64,000 nt of DNA from Alphaproteobacteria bacterium (lineage in GTDB: Bacteria; Pseudomonadota; Alphaproteobacteria; DSM-16000; Inquilinaceae), in the NCBI GenBank assembly GCA_965227455.1, contig OZ245752.1, forward strand, positions 5,172,822-5,236,821, given 5' to 3'. Each line of letters starts with the position of its first letter. The first letter of the stretch is position 1. Of the stretch, positions 22,958 through 34,594 are shown in pieces. The position numbers and the translations under genes were made by a program. The notes below the pieces were generated by a model that worked only from the letters and a program-made list of their open reading frames with translations, did no database searches and was not told where the DNA came from.

Positions 22958-23668
22958 TCAGCGGGCTCCCGCCATGATGTCCTCCTCCTTGAGGAATCCG
23001 GCCTTCTTGGTCCTGAAGATGACCTCGCCGTTGCGATAGACGACGCGGGTGCCATGCCGGTAGTCCTGTTCGCTGTTCTTGGTCGCCTTGCCCTTGATGT
23101 TGGGATTGGATTTGGTGACGTGGCCGATGACGTAGGAACCGGTCTTGCCGGCACTGTGCAGCAGCTTGGACACCACCTCCGCGATGTTGTCGGCGACAAC
23201 GGAAAACCCATCCTCGCCGGCAATGCTGCATCCATGGAACTGCACCCGGGCATTGCTGGCAAAGCGCGAGTAGTCGATGTCCGAGAACAGCTGCGACCGC
23301 GCGCCAAACGCATTCAGCTGGTCGCTGAAATACCCGCCGATATTGACACCCAGCTTGATCATCGTGCTGGTGGCGAAACCGCAATTGCGGTCGTCCTCGA
23401 CAGAGAAGTTCAGCGTGTAGGGCGTGCCGTGGCTGAGGATGTCCAGCGACTGGATCGAGCTCTCCTTCTGGGCGCCGATCTTCTTCACGATCGTGTCGGC
23501 GCAGTCGATCTTGATGAATTCGCCGGTCGCCGCGAAATTCTTGTAGTCCTTCTGGACGTTCTTGCCGGCGTGATAGAAGGCCCAGTTGTGGGCCTTGCCG
23601 GCCGGCCGTTCCGTGCCGTCATTGTTAATTTCGCGGGTTCCGCCATAGAAGATGAGACGCTTCGCCAT
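22958..23668 (-). CDS. Hypothetical 236-aa protein, no family recognised
   Basis: Clean ORF with moderate codon bias. GC is visibly lower than the neighbours. Flanked by AT-rich non-coding DNA and terminators. Confidence 0.5.
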   Translation of the reverse strand: MAKRLIFYGGTREINNDGTERPAGKAHNWAFYHAGKNVQKDYKNFAATGEFIKIDCADTIVKKIGAQKESSIQSLDILSHGTPYTLNFSVEDDRNCGFATSTMIKLGVNIGGYFSDQLNAFGARSQLFSDIDYSRFASNARVQFHGCSIAGEDGFSVVADNIAEVVSKLLHSAGKTGSYVIGHVTKSNPNIKGKATKNSEQDYRHGTRVVYRNGEVIFRTKKAGFLKEEDIMAGAR

Positions 23669-23812
23669 GGTGCCCTCGCATGCGAATTGATCAATGAAAA
23701 CAAATCGCTGGCCGGCGTTTGCCGAACGCCGGACGATGCCCGGGGCTATGATGGATCAGGATCGGCCGCCGGGGTGTGACGAAGCTCACACCCCAGGGGA
23801 AAGGGCTCCACG

Positions 23813-25705
<1,893 letters not shown>

Positions 25706-25866
25706 GGCGCAAACCGCTCCCTCATCAGCCTCATGTCCGGTCTTGGCGATGCCGGATCGATGGAAGTGTGCGTCAGGCGGATGCCGAGCGCAAACCCGCT
25801 GGCCCGACCGCCCGGTCGTGGTCAGCGCGGGGATTAGAAGATAGGATCGCCGCGAAGGGAAATGCG

Positions 25867-26508
25867 ATGAATCAACAGCTCATCTACTTCGCCGATCCGA
25901 TGTGCTCCTGGTGCTGGGGCTTCTCCCCGGCGATGGAGGCGGTCACGGCACGGTTCGGCGACCAACTGCCGGTCCGGCTGATCCTGGGCGGCCTCAGGCC
26001 CGGCACGACGGATGCCATGGACGAGGCCATGAAAAGCTCGATTCGGGAGCATTGGCAGCATGTGCACGAAGCCAGCGGCCAGCCCTTCGACTTCGCCTTC
26101 TTCGACCGCGAGGGTTTCGTCTACGACACCGAGCCGGCGTGTCGGGCGGTGGTCGCGGCCCGCAGGATCGACCCGGCCAAGGCGATGCCGATGCTGAAGC
26201 GGACCCATCGAGCCTTCTATGCCGAGAACGCGGACGTGACGGACCGCGCGGTGCTGTGCGGCCTGGCCGAAGAGGTCGGCCTCGACCGGGCGGAGTTCGA
26301 GGCGGTCTACGACGCCGATGAGACCCTGGAGGAGACCCGCAAGGATTTCGCCATTTCCTACCATTCCGGCGTCACCGGATTTCCGACGCTGATCGTCGGC
26401 TCCGACAAGGATGGCTATGCAGCGGTCAGCCGGGGTTTCCAGCCGGGCGAGCGCATCGAGGCACTGATCGCCGGCTGGCTGGCCGAGCGCGGATCGGTCG
26501 CCGTCTAA
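25867..26508 (+). CDS. DsbA-family thioredoxin-fold protein (DSBA-like oxidoreductase / isomerase)
   Basis: CxxC motif (FADPMCSWCWGF) near the N-terminus; ~213 aa from the internal ATG (MNQQLIYF). Confidence 0.75.
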   Translation: MNQQLIYFADPMCSWCWGFSPAMEAVTARFGDQLPVRLILGGLRPGTTDAMDEAMKSSIREHWQHVHEASGQPFDFAFFDREGFVYDTEPACRAVVAARRIDPAKAMPMLKRTHRAFYAENADVTDRAVLCGLAEEVGLDRAEFEAVYDADETLEETRKDFAISYHSGVTGFPTLIVGSDKDGYAAVSRGFQPGERIEALIAGWLAERGSVAV

Positions 26509-27185
26509 GGGCGGTAGTGGCTGAGGAAGACCGCGACCGCCTCGCGGATCGAATCGTCGATGGCTAGCAACGACAGGTCTTCCGATGGCGGGCCGGGTAT
26601 CGGCGCGTCCACTCCGTACAGCACACGGAACCGCCGGGCACCGGAGGTGATGTCCAGCAGCTGGACGGCCGCTTGCGCGCTATCGTGGACGGTTAGGATG
26701 CCGGCCCGCGTGCGATCCTCCAGATACTCCGCGAGTTGACGTTCGGCCGCCGTCATGGCGGTTCGGTAGAGCCGCGATGCCAGCTCCGGGAAGCGGCCGA
26801 TCTCGCCGATGATCATGCGCTGCAGCCCGACCGAGTCGGTCCAGGTCGTCAATTCGCAGAAGCGCGCGGCATAGGATTTCAGCGCCTCGGCCACGTCGTC
26901 GGAGTAGTGGTCCGGCGGCGGCAGCTTCTCCAGGAAGCGCTGGCTGACGAATTCGACGATGCCGACGAACAGCTCTTCCTTGTTCTTGAAGTGGTTGTAG
27001 ATCGTGCGCTTGGTGGTGCTGGCCCTCAGCGCAATACCGTCCATGGTCGCCTGGGCAAAGCCGCGCTCCATGAACTCGTATTTGGCCGCCATGACGATGG
27101 CCTGACGCTTCGGCAGGCCGCTCAGATCCACGGCGAGGCCGGCCTCCGAGGCGATCGTTTCGGGGGATGTCTGTCCTGAATCCAT
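26505..27185 (-). CDS. TetR-family transcriptional regulator
   Basis: HTH (ATMDGIALRASTTKRTIYNHFKNKEELF). Divergent from the molybdo-hydroxylase genes. Confidence 0.8.
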   Translation of the reverse strand: MDSGQTSPETIASEAGLAVDLSGLPKRQAIVMAAKYEFMERGFAQATMDGIALRASTTKRTIYNHFKNKEELFVGIVEFVSQRFLEKLPPPDHYSDDVAEALKSYAARFCELTTWTDSVGLQRMIIGEIGRFPELASRLYRTAMTAAERQLAEYLEDRTRAGILTVHDSAQAAVQLLDITSGARRFRVLYGVDAPIPGPPSEDLSLLAIDDSIREAVAVFLSHYRP

Positions 27186-27241
27186 GGCGTGCGGACTGTA
27201 GTCGGTTCCCTCTGCCGGATGCAAAACCGTCGTTGACGATG

Positions 27242-27266
27242 AGTATACTATACCGTATAGTATACT
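27242..27266. promoter_or_regulatory. Near-perfect 25-bp palindrome AGTATACTATAC-c-GTATAGTATACT, a candidate TetR operator
   Basis: 12-bp perfect inverted arms read directly, in the divergent TetR / iorA-like promoter region. Confidence 0.5.
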
Positions 27267-27355
27267 TCATGACAAGGCAGCGTCGGCGTTAAGGTCGACT
27301 CGTCCTGTCCCGCCATCCATTGCCGCCGACACCCTCCAGCGAAGGAGATCGCAGC

Positions 27356-27817
27356 GTGATCACCCTCTCCGTCAACGGCGAAGATCGCCGGCTCGACGTC
27401 GATCCCGACATGCCCCTGTTATGGGCGGTCCGCGACAGCCTGGGATTGACCGGCACCAAATTCGGCTGCGGCGTCGGCCTGTGCGGCGCCTGCACCGTGC
27501 TGGTGGACGGGGTCGCGACACGCACCTGCGTCACCCCGATCAGCGCTGTCGACGGGGCCGCGATCACCACCATCGAAGGGGTGGCCGCGGATGGCGAGTT
27601 GTCGCCGGTACAACAGGCCTGGATCGACGAGCAGGTGCCGCAATGCGGCTATTGCCAGTCCGGCATGATCCTGGCGACCACGGCGCTGCTGGCGGAGAAT
27701 CCGCAGCCCAGCGACCAGGATATCGACGACGCCATAACCAATATCTGCCGCTGCGGCACCTATCCCCGGATCCGGCGCGCCATCCACCGTGCCGCCGATG
27801 AACTGGGAGACGCATGA
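27356..27817 (+). CDS. (2Fe-2S)-binding small subunit of a xanthine-dehydrogenase-family molybdo-hydroxylase (IorA/CoxS-like)
   Basis: Cys clusters [12 protein letters not shown] and [10 protein letters not shown], and ICRCGTY. A GTG start is preceded by GAAGGAGA. Confidence 0.85.
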   Translation: MITLSVNGEDRRLDVDPDMPLLWAVRDSLGLTGTKFGCGVGLCGACTVLVDGVATRTCVTPISAVDGAAITTIEGVAADGELSPVQQAWIDEQVPQCGYCQSGMILATTALLAENPQPSDQDIDDAITNICRCGTYPRIRRAIHRAADELGDA

Positions 27818-30084
27818 TGGGCAAGCTCACGCGACGCGCATTCCTGGTCACCGGCGCCGCGGTGACGGGCGGACTGGTGGTCGGCGCGGGATATCTGTCC
27901 TCGATCGACATGACCGGGCTGGACGGGTCCATCAACGACGATGGCACGGTCAGCCTCAATGCCTGGATCCGCATTGCCGAGGACGGCACCATCACCTTCG
28001 CCGTACCGCGCACCGAGATGGGCCAGGGGGTGCATACCGCCTTGCCGATGCTCGTGGCCGAGGAGCTGGAAGTCTCCCTCGACGGCGACAACATCCGGGT
28101 CGAGCATCCGGTCGAGGAGCTGGCGGTCTACGCCAATTACACGCTGGGCCTGAACGTCCGGCCGGAGGAGGCGACCGGACCTCTCTACTGGGCCGGCAAG
28201 AAGGTGTTCGGCATCTTCCCCTATATCGGCACCGGCGGCAGCACCAGCGTCGTCGCCGCCTGGGAGCCGCTTCGTGTCGCCGGCGCCTCGGCGCGGCTGA
28301 TGTTGGCAGAGGCCGCAGCCGATGCCTGGCAGGTCTCGGCCGATGAGTGCTTCGGCGAGGACGGCCATATCGTGCATCGCCCGACCGGCCGCCGTCTGAC
28401 CTATGGCGAGTTGGCCCGAGCGGCCGCGGCGAAGGCGCCGACCGAGAACCCGCCGCTGAAGCCGGCCAGCGAGTTCAAGCTGATCGGCCGGTCCACCGCC
28501 CGCCTGGACATTCCCTCGAAGGTCACCGGCGAGGCCACATTCGGCATTGATGTGACCCTGCCGAACATGGCCTATGCGTCGATCCGCCAGAGCCCGGTCT
28601 TTGGCGGCACCGTGCGGTCCATTGACGCCGATGCCGTGCGGTCGATGCCCGGAGTCATCGAGGTGGTGAACCTCGGCGAAGCGGTCGGCGTCGTGGCCGA
28701 CAATACCTGGCATGCCAAGCAGGCGGTCAAGGCGCTGCCGGTCGAGTTCGACGACAGCGGCAATGCCGGCGGCGACTCGAGGCAGTGGCTGTCCGATATG
28801 CACCGGGCGCTGGATGCGGAAGAGGCCCATGCCTTCCGCGACGATGGCGATGTGGATGCGGTGATCGCCGGGTCGCAGCGCGTGGTCGAAGCGACCTACG
28901 AGACGCCGTTCCTGGCCCATGCCTGCATGGAGCCGATGAACTGCACCGCCCTGTTCGAGAACGGCAAGGCGGAGATCTGGATGAGCTCCCAGTCGCCGCT
29001 GACCGGCCGCTGGGGCGCCCAGCGCGGCGCCGAGCTGGTCGGTGCGGAGGTGACCGAGCCGGTCACCACCCATGTCACCCTCACCGGCGGCGGCTTCGGC
29101 CGGCGCGCCGATCTCGACCTGTCCAAGCAGGCGGTGGCGCTTGCGGCCTCGGTGCCTGGCCGCCCGGTCAAGCTGGTCTGGTCGCGCGAGGAGGACGTCC
29201 AGCACGACATGTACCGGCCGCCCGCGGTCAGCCGCTTTCGTGCGGCCCTGGACTCGGATGGCCATCCCGAAGCCTGGGAACATCGGGTCGTCACCCAGTC
29301 GATCGAACACTCCTTCGGCGAGCGCAATCTGCCCTGGGGCGGTGGCAACGGCGCCAAGGATCGTCTCTCCATCGAGGGCGCGGCCCACCTTGCCTATGGG
29401 ATCCCCAAGGCGCGGGTCGACCTGGTCGACTATCCGACGCCGGTGCCGGTCGGCTTCTGGCGCAGCGTCGGGCATTCCAACAATGCCTTCTTCGTCGAGA
29501 GCTTCATCGACGAATGCGCTCACGCCGCCGGGACCGACCCGGTCGCCTATCGCCGCCGCCTGCTGGCCGACAGCCCGCGCCATCGCGCGGTATTGGACCT
29601 GTTGGCGGAGAAGGCGGGCTGGGGCCAGCCGCTGTCGGCCGGCCGCGGCCGAGGGGTGGCGCTGCACGAATCCTTCCGCTCGATCGTCGGCGAGGTGGTC
29701 GAGGTCACGGTGGCCGAGGACGGCGCGCTGGCCATCGACCGGGTAGTCTGCGTGGTGGATTGCGGCACGGTGATCAATCCCGACACCGTCAAGGCCCAGA
29801 TGGAAGGCTCGATCCTGTTCGGCCTGACCGCGGCGCTCTATGGCGAGATCACCATCGAGGAGGGCCGTGTCGCGCAGTCCAACTTCTACGACTACGACAT
29901 GCTGCGCATGGCCCAGGCGCCGGCGATCGAGACCCATATCGTGCCGAGCGCGGAGCCGCCCGGCGGCGTCGGCGAACCGGGCCTGCCCCCGGCAATCCCG
30001 GCCCTCACCAACGCCATCTTCGCGGCCTCGGGTGAACGGGTCCGGTCGCTGCCGGTCACGAAATCGGCGCTCTGGGTCGCCTAG
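27814..30084 (+). CDS. Molybdopterin-binding large subunit of an aldehyde/isoquinoline oxidoreductase-type molybdo-hydroxylase (IorB-like), Tat-exported
   Basis: Twin-arginine N-terminus ([25 protein letters not shown]); 756 aa with a xanthine-DH-family MoCo-binding domain. Its start overlaps the stop of the small subunit. Confidence 0.85.
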   Translation: MMGKLTRRAFLVTGAAVTGGLVVGAGYLSSIDMTGLDGSINDDGTVSLNAWIRIAEDGTITFAVPRTEMGQGVHTALPMLVAEELEVSLDGDNIRVEHPVEELAVYANYTLGLNVRPEEATGPLYWAGKKVFGIFPYIGTGGSTSVVAAWEPLRVAGASARLMLAEAAADAWQVSADECFGEDGHIVHRPTGRRLTYGELARAAAAKAPTENPPLKPASEFKLIGRSTARLDIPSKVTGEATFGIDVTLPNMAYASIRQSPVFGGTVRSIDADAVRSMPGVIEVVNLGEAVGVVADNTWHAKQAVKALPVEFDDSGNAGGDSRQWLSDMHRALDAEEAHAFRDDGDVDAVIAGSQRVVEATYETPFLAHACMEPMNCTALFENGKAEIWMSSQSPLTGRWGAQRGAELVGAEVTEPVTTHVTLTGGGFGRRADLDLSKQAVALAASVPGRPVKLVWSREEDVQHDMYRPPAVSRFRAALDSDGHPEAWEHRVVTQSIEHSFGERNLPWGGGNGAKDRLSIEGAAHLAYGIPKARVDLVDYPTPVPVGFWRSVGHSNNAFFVESFIDECAHAAGTDPVAYRRRLLADSPRHRAVLDLLAEKAGWGQPLSAGRGRGVALHESFRSIVGEVVEVTVAEDGALAIDRVVCVVDCGTVINPDTVKAQMEGSILFGLTAALYGEITIEEGRVAQSNFYDYDMLRMAQAPAIETHIVPSAEPPGGVGEPGLPPAIPALTNAIFAASGERVRSLPVTKSALWVA

Positions 30085-30113
30085 GAGCAAACGGTGACGG
30101 ACGTGACCTTAGC

Positions 30114-30234
30114 CCCCTCACCCTAACCCTCTCCCGCAAGGGGAGAGGGAATCCCAGCCGGCCCAGATCGGACTCCTCTCCCCTTGTGGGAGAGGAAGGG
30201 GCCCGCGGCGAAGCCGTGGGAAGGTGAGGGGGCT
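30114..30234. repeat. Family-B palindromic repeat element (CCCCTCACCC ... GGGAGAGGG ... CCCTCTCCC ... GGGTGAGGGGG), copy 1
   Basis: Nested inverted repeats. Five copies in the window share more than 80% of the core sequence. Confidence 0.8.
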
Positions 30235-30281
30235 GATGAAGGCTTGCGCAATGCGCTCGTGTTTGGCGGCGATCGGCCGGC

Positions 30282-31145
30282 CTACGGCGCTGGTGTTTCG
30301 ACAGTCTGGGTCGAAAGGCAATACCCGTCCTCGTGCAGCCAGCAGCCTTTGCCGCTTTCGTGCGGATCCCGGCGCAGCGACCGCACGGCCCTGGGACCAA
30401 GCAGGCCCGGGCGGCGAAGGGCGGCGACCAGCCTCTCGGCCTGCTCCGCACTCCGGCCGCTGGCGCAATGGATGATGCCGGTCCGGCCGACGAAGCGGGC
30501 GCCGTAGCGATCCCCAAGCCGGGTCACCAGCAAGAATTGTCCCCAGCCCTCCTGGCCCGTGAGCGGGACCAGAAGCCGCCCGTTATCGGCCAGGGAATCC
30601 AGCCAGAGCGACTCGATCGCGGTCACGCCGGCATTGACGATGATCGCGTCGCACTCGCCGGGGTCATGGGTGCGGCCGTCGCCGGCGACGGCCCGGACCT
30701 GAGGCCAGCCCGACAGGTTCGCCCGGGCCCGTTCGGCCAGGTGCCCGTCGAATTCCACCGCCTCCACATGCCCGTCAGGCCCGACGATCTCGGCCAGGAT
30801 CGCCGAGTAGTAGCCGGTCCCGGTGCCGATGTGGCAGACGCGCTCGCCCCGCTTCAGGTCAATCCGGTCGTAGAGATAGGCCCACAGGCTGGGCTGGCCG
30901 TTGTTCAGGTCCCGCGCCGGATCGATGGCCACCAGGATGTCGTGATAGAGGTGTCGCGGGTCGTCGGTCTCAAGCGGCCCGTGATCGCGGCCGCCGGCCA
31001 GGATCTGCCACGGAGGAGGTCCAAGGAAGGCTTCGCGCGGCACCGCCGCGAAAGCGGCGATGACCGCGTCGGAGCGTGCCGGCGCCTGGAACCGCAGGCT
31101 CTCGGCGTACCAATGGCGGGCTGTTTCGAGATCGATCTCGCTCAT
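30282..31145 (-). CDS. Protein-L-isoaspartate O-methyltransferase-like class I SAM methyltransferase
   Basis: SAM motif I (VCHIGTGTGY) and Pcm-like pre/post motifs; 287 aa. Confidence 0.7.
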   Translation of the reverse strand: MSEIDLETARHWYAESLRFQAPARSDAVIAAFAAVPREAFLGPPPWQILAGGRDHGPLETDDPRHLYHDILVAIDPARDLNNGQPSLWAYLYDRIDLKRGERVCHIGTGTGYYSAILAEIVGPDGHVEAVEFDGHLAERARANLSGWPQVRAVAGDGRTHDPGECDAIIVNAGVTAIESLWLDSLADNGRLLVPLTGQEGWGQFLLVTRLGDRYGARFVGRTGIIHCASGRSAEQAERLVAALRRPGLLGPRAVRSLRRDPHESGKGCWLHEDGYCLSTQTVETPAP

Positions 31146-31258
31146 CGACCTTGTCCGTCAATGTGGGCCAGGTCTCGGCATACTCGCTGAACACTGACGG
31201 TGACAAGGCTCTGGCGGGACCCGGAATTGCCATTCCGTGGGCATCGGATTGGGCGGTG

Positions 31259-31352
31259 CCATCCTCACCCTTCGACAGGCTCAGGATGAGGGTGATTGGG
31301 GGACGGACTGTGCCAAACGCACCCTCATCTTGAGCCTGTCGAAGGGTGAGGT
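31259..31352. repeat. Family-C inverted repeat element (CCTCACCCTTCGACAGGCTCAGGATGAGGGTG ... CACCCTCATCTTGAGCCTGTCGAAGGGTGAGG)
   Basis: ~32-bp arms in inverted orientation, read directly. A half copy is present at 56075-56112. Confidence 0.7.
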
Positions 31353-31429
31353 CGGCTGAGCCCGAACCCCATTTGCAGGCCCCGAACGCAAGGAAGGCCG
31401 GAACCCGCTATACGGATTCCGGCCTCCCC

Positions 31430-32572
31430 TCACGCCTTGCCCTCCTTTCGGTTTCGCGGCTTGATCCGGACCAGATCGTCCAGCACGCCATCCATGCCGT
31501 TGCCGACGATGACGTTGCCGACCTTCTCGGACACCTTCTCAAGCGCCTCCAGCTCCTTCAGCCGCAAGAGGACCGGGTTGTCCTCCATCAGCTTGGCGGT
31601 GTTCAGCAGGGACCGCGTGGCCGCGGTCTCCTCCCGCCGCTTGATGACGTTCGCCTGGGCGGTCTTCTCCGCCTCGATGACCCGGTTCATCAGCTCCCGA
31701 ACGTCGCCCGGAAGGATGATGTCCTTCACGCCGACGGACGGGACCTCGAGACCGGCGTCACCCAGGTTCGGCAGCAGCCGCTCGGCGATCGCCTCGTTGA
31801 TGCCCAGCTTGTCGCCCAACACCTCCTCAAGCGTCCGGGTGCCGACCACCTGCCGGAGCGCGAACTGCAGCTCCTTGTACAGGTAGTCCTGCAGCTTGGC
31901 GGTGGCGGACACCGCCTTGACCGGATCGGCGATCCGGTAGACGGCAGTGATGTTGGCCCGCAGACCGATCCGGTCCTTGGTCAACACCTCCTGGCCGGTC
32001 ACCTCCAGGGTTTGCAGCCGCTGGTCGAGCAGGGCCACGCTGACCTTCCGGACCGCCTTGAAGAAGGCATACCGGCCCGGCTTCAGCTGCCGGTCGAGCA
32101 CGCCATCGACGTACAGCAGACCGACATGGTCGCTCGGCACCTCGGCGGTCAGCACCAGGTTGGTGGCGGACAGCCAGGTGGCCGGCGCCACCAGCGCCTC
32201 CGGCACGGCGATCTCGGCCGCGACGTCATAGACCTCGACGGTGATCGCCCGCAGCCGCTTGCCGTAGAACGCCACGCCGCCCGGACCGACCATGTCGACC
32301 AGCTTGCCGTCGGCAAACACCGCGGCGACCTGGGTATCGCCCATGTCGACCACGACGAAGTACTCGTCGACCAGCGCCCGGTGCGTCAGCACCAGGGCCG
32401 CCAGCGCGAAGTCCTTCACCGGCATCTGCCGCAGGTCCAGCCGCCGCAGCTCAAGCTTGCCTTGGCCCGGCGCAAACCGGTGCACGCCCGGCTCCAGAAC
32501 CTTCCGGAACGCCCGGTCCCGATACATCAGGCCGAGCTCGTAATCCGCAATCCGCTCGGTCTTCCAAACCAT
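31430..32572 (-). CDS. SPFH/band-7 (stomatin/prohibitin-like) membrane-associated protein
   Basis: 380 aa with an SPFH-domain middle region followed by a coiled-coil C-terminus. Confidence 0.75.
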   Translation of the reverse strand: MVWKTERIADYELGLMYRDRAFRKVLEPGVHRFAPGQGKLELRRLDLRQMPVKDFALAALVLTHRALVDEYFVVVDMGDTQVAAVFADGKLVDMVGPGGVAFYGKRLRAITVEVYDVAAEIAVPEALVAPATWLSATNLVLTAEVPSDHVGLLYVDGVLDRQLKPGRYAFFKAVRKVSVALLDQRLQTLEVTGQEVLTKDRIGLRANITAVYRIADPVKAVSATAKLQDYLYKELQFALRQVVGTRTLEEVLGDKLGINEAIAERLLPNLGDAGLEVPSVGVKDIILPGDVRELMNRVIEAEKTAQANVIKRREETAATRSLLNTAKLMEDNPVLLRLKELEALEKVSEKVGNVIVGNGMDGVLDDLVRIKPRNRKEGKA

Positions 32573-32617
32573 AATCCTTCTCCCAGTTCAGCGGACCCTT
32601 CGGGAAGTCATCCGAAA

Positions 32618-32760
32618 CCCCTCACCCTCCCACGGCTTCGCCGCGGGTCCCTCCCTCTCCCGCGAGGGGAGAGGGGCAAGTAGCGCGCCGGCCCATTTGG
32701 TTCCCTCTCCCCTTGTGGGAGAGGGAGGGACCCGCGCGTCAGCGTGGGAGGGTGAGGGGT
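32618..32760. repeat. Family-B palindromic repeat element, copy 2
   Basis: Same core as 30114-30234. Confidence 0.8.
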
Positions 32761-33130
32761 CTACGAACGACCCCCCAATCCGCAATCAATGTTTCTGTCC
32801 GTGTCGTACGTCGTGCCCTGCAGTCAGAGGATGACCGGAAGACGTCCGACGGTCCGGTGCGGATGCCCTCGGCGCCGCCTCTGCGGACGCGGGCGGCGGG
32901 CGGGGGTGCCGGCCGGCATGACGTCCGGGGACATCAGGGGCCGAACCGGCGTGCCCGCCCGCCTTGCGCGAGCGCTCGGGCGGCGGATCGAGAGCATTCG
33001 GAACACCGTTCCGCCCGGCCCCGCCGCCTCGCCGCGCGGCCGAAGCCTTGCGGTCTGGTGGCGACGCCTGGACGTCTTCCGGCACCCTTCATTGGTTCTT
33101 CGCGTTATGGCGAAACCTGATTTCCAGTCA

Positions 33131-33204
33131 GGCGGATGAGGGGAGTTGAACCCCCGACTCCAAGGTCCGTAGCCTTGTGCTCTTCCAATCTGAGCTACAT
33201 CCTG
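33131..33204 (-). tRNA. tRNA-Arg(ACG)-like sequence. Cloverleaf and anticodon loop CTACGGA are intact. The first two 5-prime acceptor nucleotides do not pair and overlap the CCA of the upstream tRNA-like gene.
   Basis: Reverse complement GGATGTAGCTCAGATTGGAAGAGCACAAGGCTACGGACCTTGGAGTCGGGGGTTCAACTCCCCTCATCCGCC, folded by eye. The 3-prime acceptor strand CATCCGC demands a 5-prime GCGGATG, but the sequence reads caGGATG. Confidence 0.5.
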
Positions 33205-33277
33205 GTTGCAATGGTGGGAATCGAACCCACGACCTCCGAGGCTATCCTCGGCGCTCTGCACGCTGAGCTACATTGCC
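33203..33277 (-). tRNA. tRNA-like sequence with an encoded CCA. It has an Ala-like overall architecture but an atypical 6-nt anticodon loop (GATAGC) and a G1-A72 mismatch; the isotype could not be assigned.
   Basis: Reverse complement GGCAATGTAGCTCAGCGTGCAGAGCGCCGAGGATAGCCTCGGAGGTCGTGGGTTCGATTCCCACCATTGCAACCA. D-arm, T-arm (GTGGGTTCGATTCCCAC) and acceptor stem fold by eye. Confidence 0.4.
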
Positions 33278-33684
33278 GTGCGGGCACGTGGCTCCGCTGA
33301 GCCCGGGATTGCCCTCGACACACGCAAGACCCATTACGGGGCCGCAAGCGCGCCGGCCGGGTCTACAGAACCCGTACCGCTGAGGTCGCACCCAACGTAC
33401 CGTCCAATGAAGCCGTGCAACCCAAAAGGGTGCCGGCCTGTTCCTATGTTCCGTGTATTCGTTTCACGGTCCTGCCCTCCGTCTCGTGACTGTGTCCGGG
33501 CAGGACACGACGCAACGCGCGTGTCAGGCCCTGAGTGTGCCTGATTGCCAAGGCAATCGATGTATCGATCCAAACGCCATGGGTGCGTCCGTAGTTGCGT
33601 GTCTTCCCCGCGATGGGGTCGGGGTGGATACATCCGATAGGTGTGGCTTGTCAACCGCGCCGATGAAATTTTCTGTCCTGCCGC

Positions 33685-34362
33685 CTATCGCGGCCGCCCG
33701 CCCTGCCCGTATCGGCTGCGGCGTTCCGCCCGGCGGTCCTGGCGGTTGGCGCGGGTCCAGCGCCAGAGCTGGCCGAGGCTGGTGGAGGCGTTGTCGAAGC
33801 GCTGGTCCAGCGCCAGCTTGTCCATGAACGGCGTCCAGACCCGCTCCTTGAACCGCCGCCAGGCCCACCACAGAACCAGGAACACGACTGCCAGCCAGAA
33901 GAAGAAGACGATGCGGAAGATCGGGATCGGGTAATGGTCCGGGCCCGGTGCCGTTTCGACATTCACCGCGTTCGGGAACATCGAGAAGATCTCAATGCGC
34001 CAGCCATAGTGTCTGACGATCACCCAATTCGGCGCCTCGGCGGTCGAGCGCATGTCCTGCGCCTCGGTCTGCAGGTTGCCGGAATCGAATTTGAAGTAGA
34101 ACGGGAAGCCCCAGCCGGTCTCCTCGTTGCGATAGACTCTGGGCCGCCCGTCCGGCCACACCGCGTTGATGAAGCGCACGTCGCGGGTGATGGCGGAGAG
34201 GTTGACCGCGTCCTCCTCCACGAAGTCCCGGGACAGCACGTTCATGCGCTTCACATCGGTGTCGACCACCCGGACCACGTCGTTGGAGGGCAGGTAGAAA
34301 TCCAGGAAGGCCAGCGCCACCAGCACCAGCAGGATCCTGATACCCCAGGTGAAGTACTTCAC
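33685..34362 (-). CDS. N-terminally membrane-anchored conserved protein (DUF1523-like)
   Basis: N-terminal TM helix (ILLVLVALAFLDFYL), a conserved FINAVWPDGRPRVYRNEETGWGFPFYFKFDS block, and a second TM helix near the C-terminus. Confidence 0.45.
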   Translation of the reverse strand: MKYFTWGIRILLVLVALAFLDFYLPSNDVVRVVDTDVKRMNVLSRDFVEEDAVNLSAITRDVRFINAVWPDGRPRVYRNEETGWGFPFYFKFDSGNLQTEAQDMRSTAEAPNWVIVRHYGWRIEIFSMFPNAVNVETAPGPDHYPIPIFRIVFFFWLAVVFLVLWWAWRRFKERVWTPFMDKLALDQRFDNASTSLGQLWRWTRANRQDRRAERRSRYGQGGRPR

Positions 34363-34448
34363 GGCACGGCCCTCCTTTGGTCGGGCAATAGGGTGGGCGC
34401 GAAATGCTGTCCATTGACCCAGAGAGCGGTCATCTCACCCCAACCCAT

Positions 34449-34539
34449 CGTCATTCCCGCGAAAGCGGGAATCCAGATTGCACGGTCTCGATGGCGGCAC
34501 CGTCGCAACACCTGGATTCCCGCTTTCGCGGGAATGACG
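34449..34539. repeat. Family-A double-hairpin element, copy 2
   Basis: CGTCATTCCCGCGAAAGCGGGAATCCAG ... CCTGGATTCCCGCTTTCGCGGGAATGACG. Confidence 0.75.
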
Positions 34540-34594
34540 GTAGAGCGTTTGGTCGAATTCGCCGAACGCATCGCTACCGCAGTCAGCCCTGCCC

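Noticed and set aside
33203-33277. Assigning a definite isotype (Ala/Ile) to the second tRNA-like gene
   Set aside because: The anticodon loop as read has 6 nt (GATAGC) and cannot be placed in a standard 7-nt frame. I may have mis-folded it by eye, so the isotype is left open.
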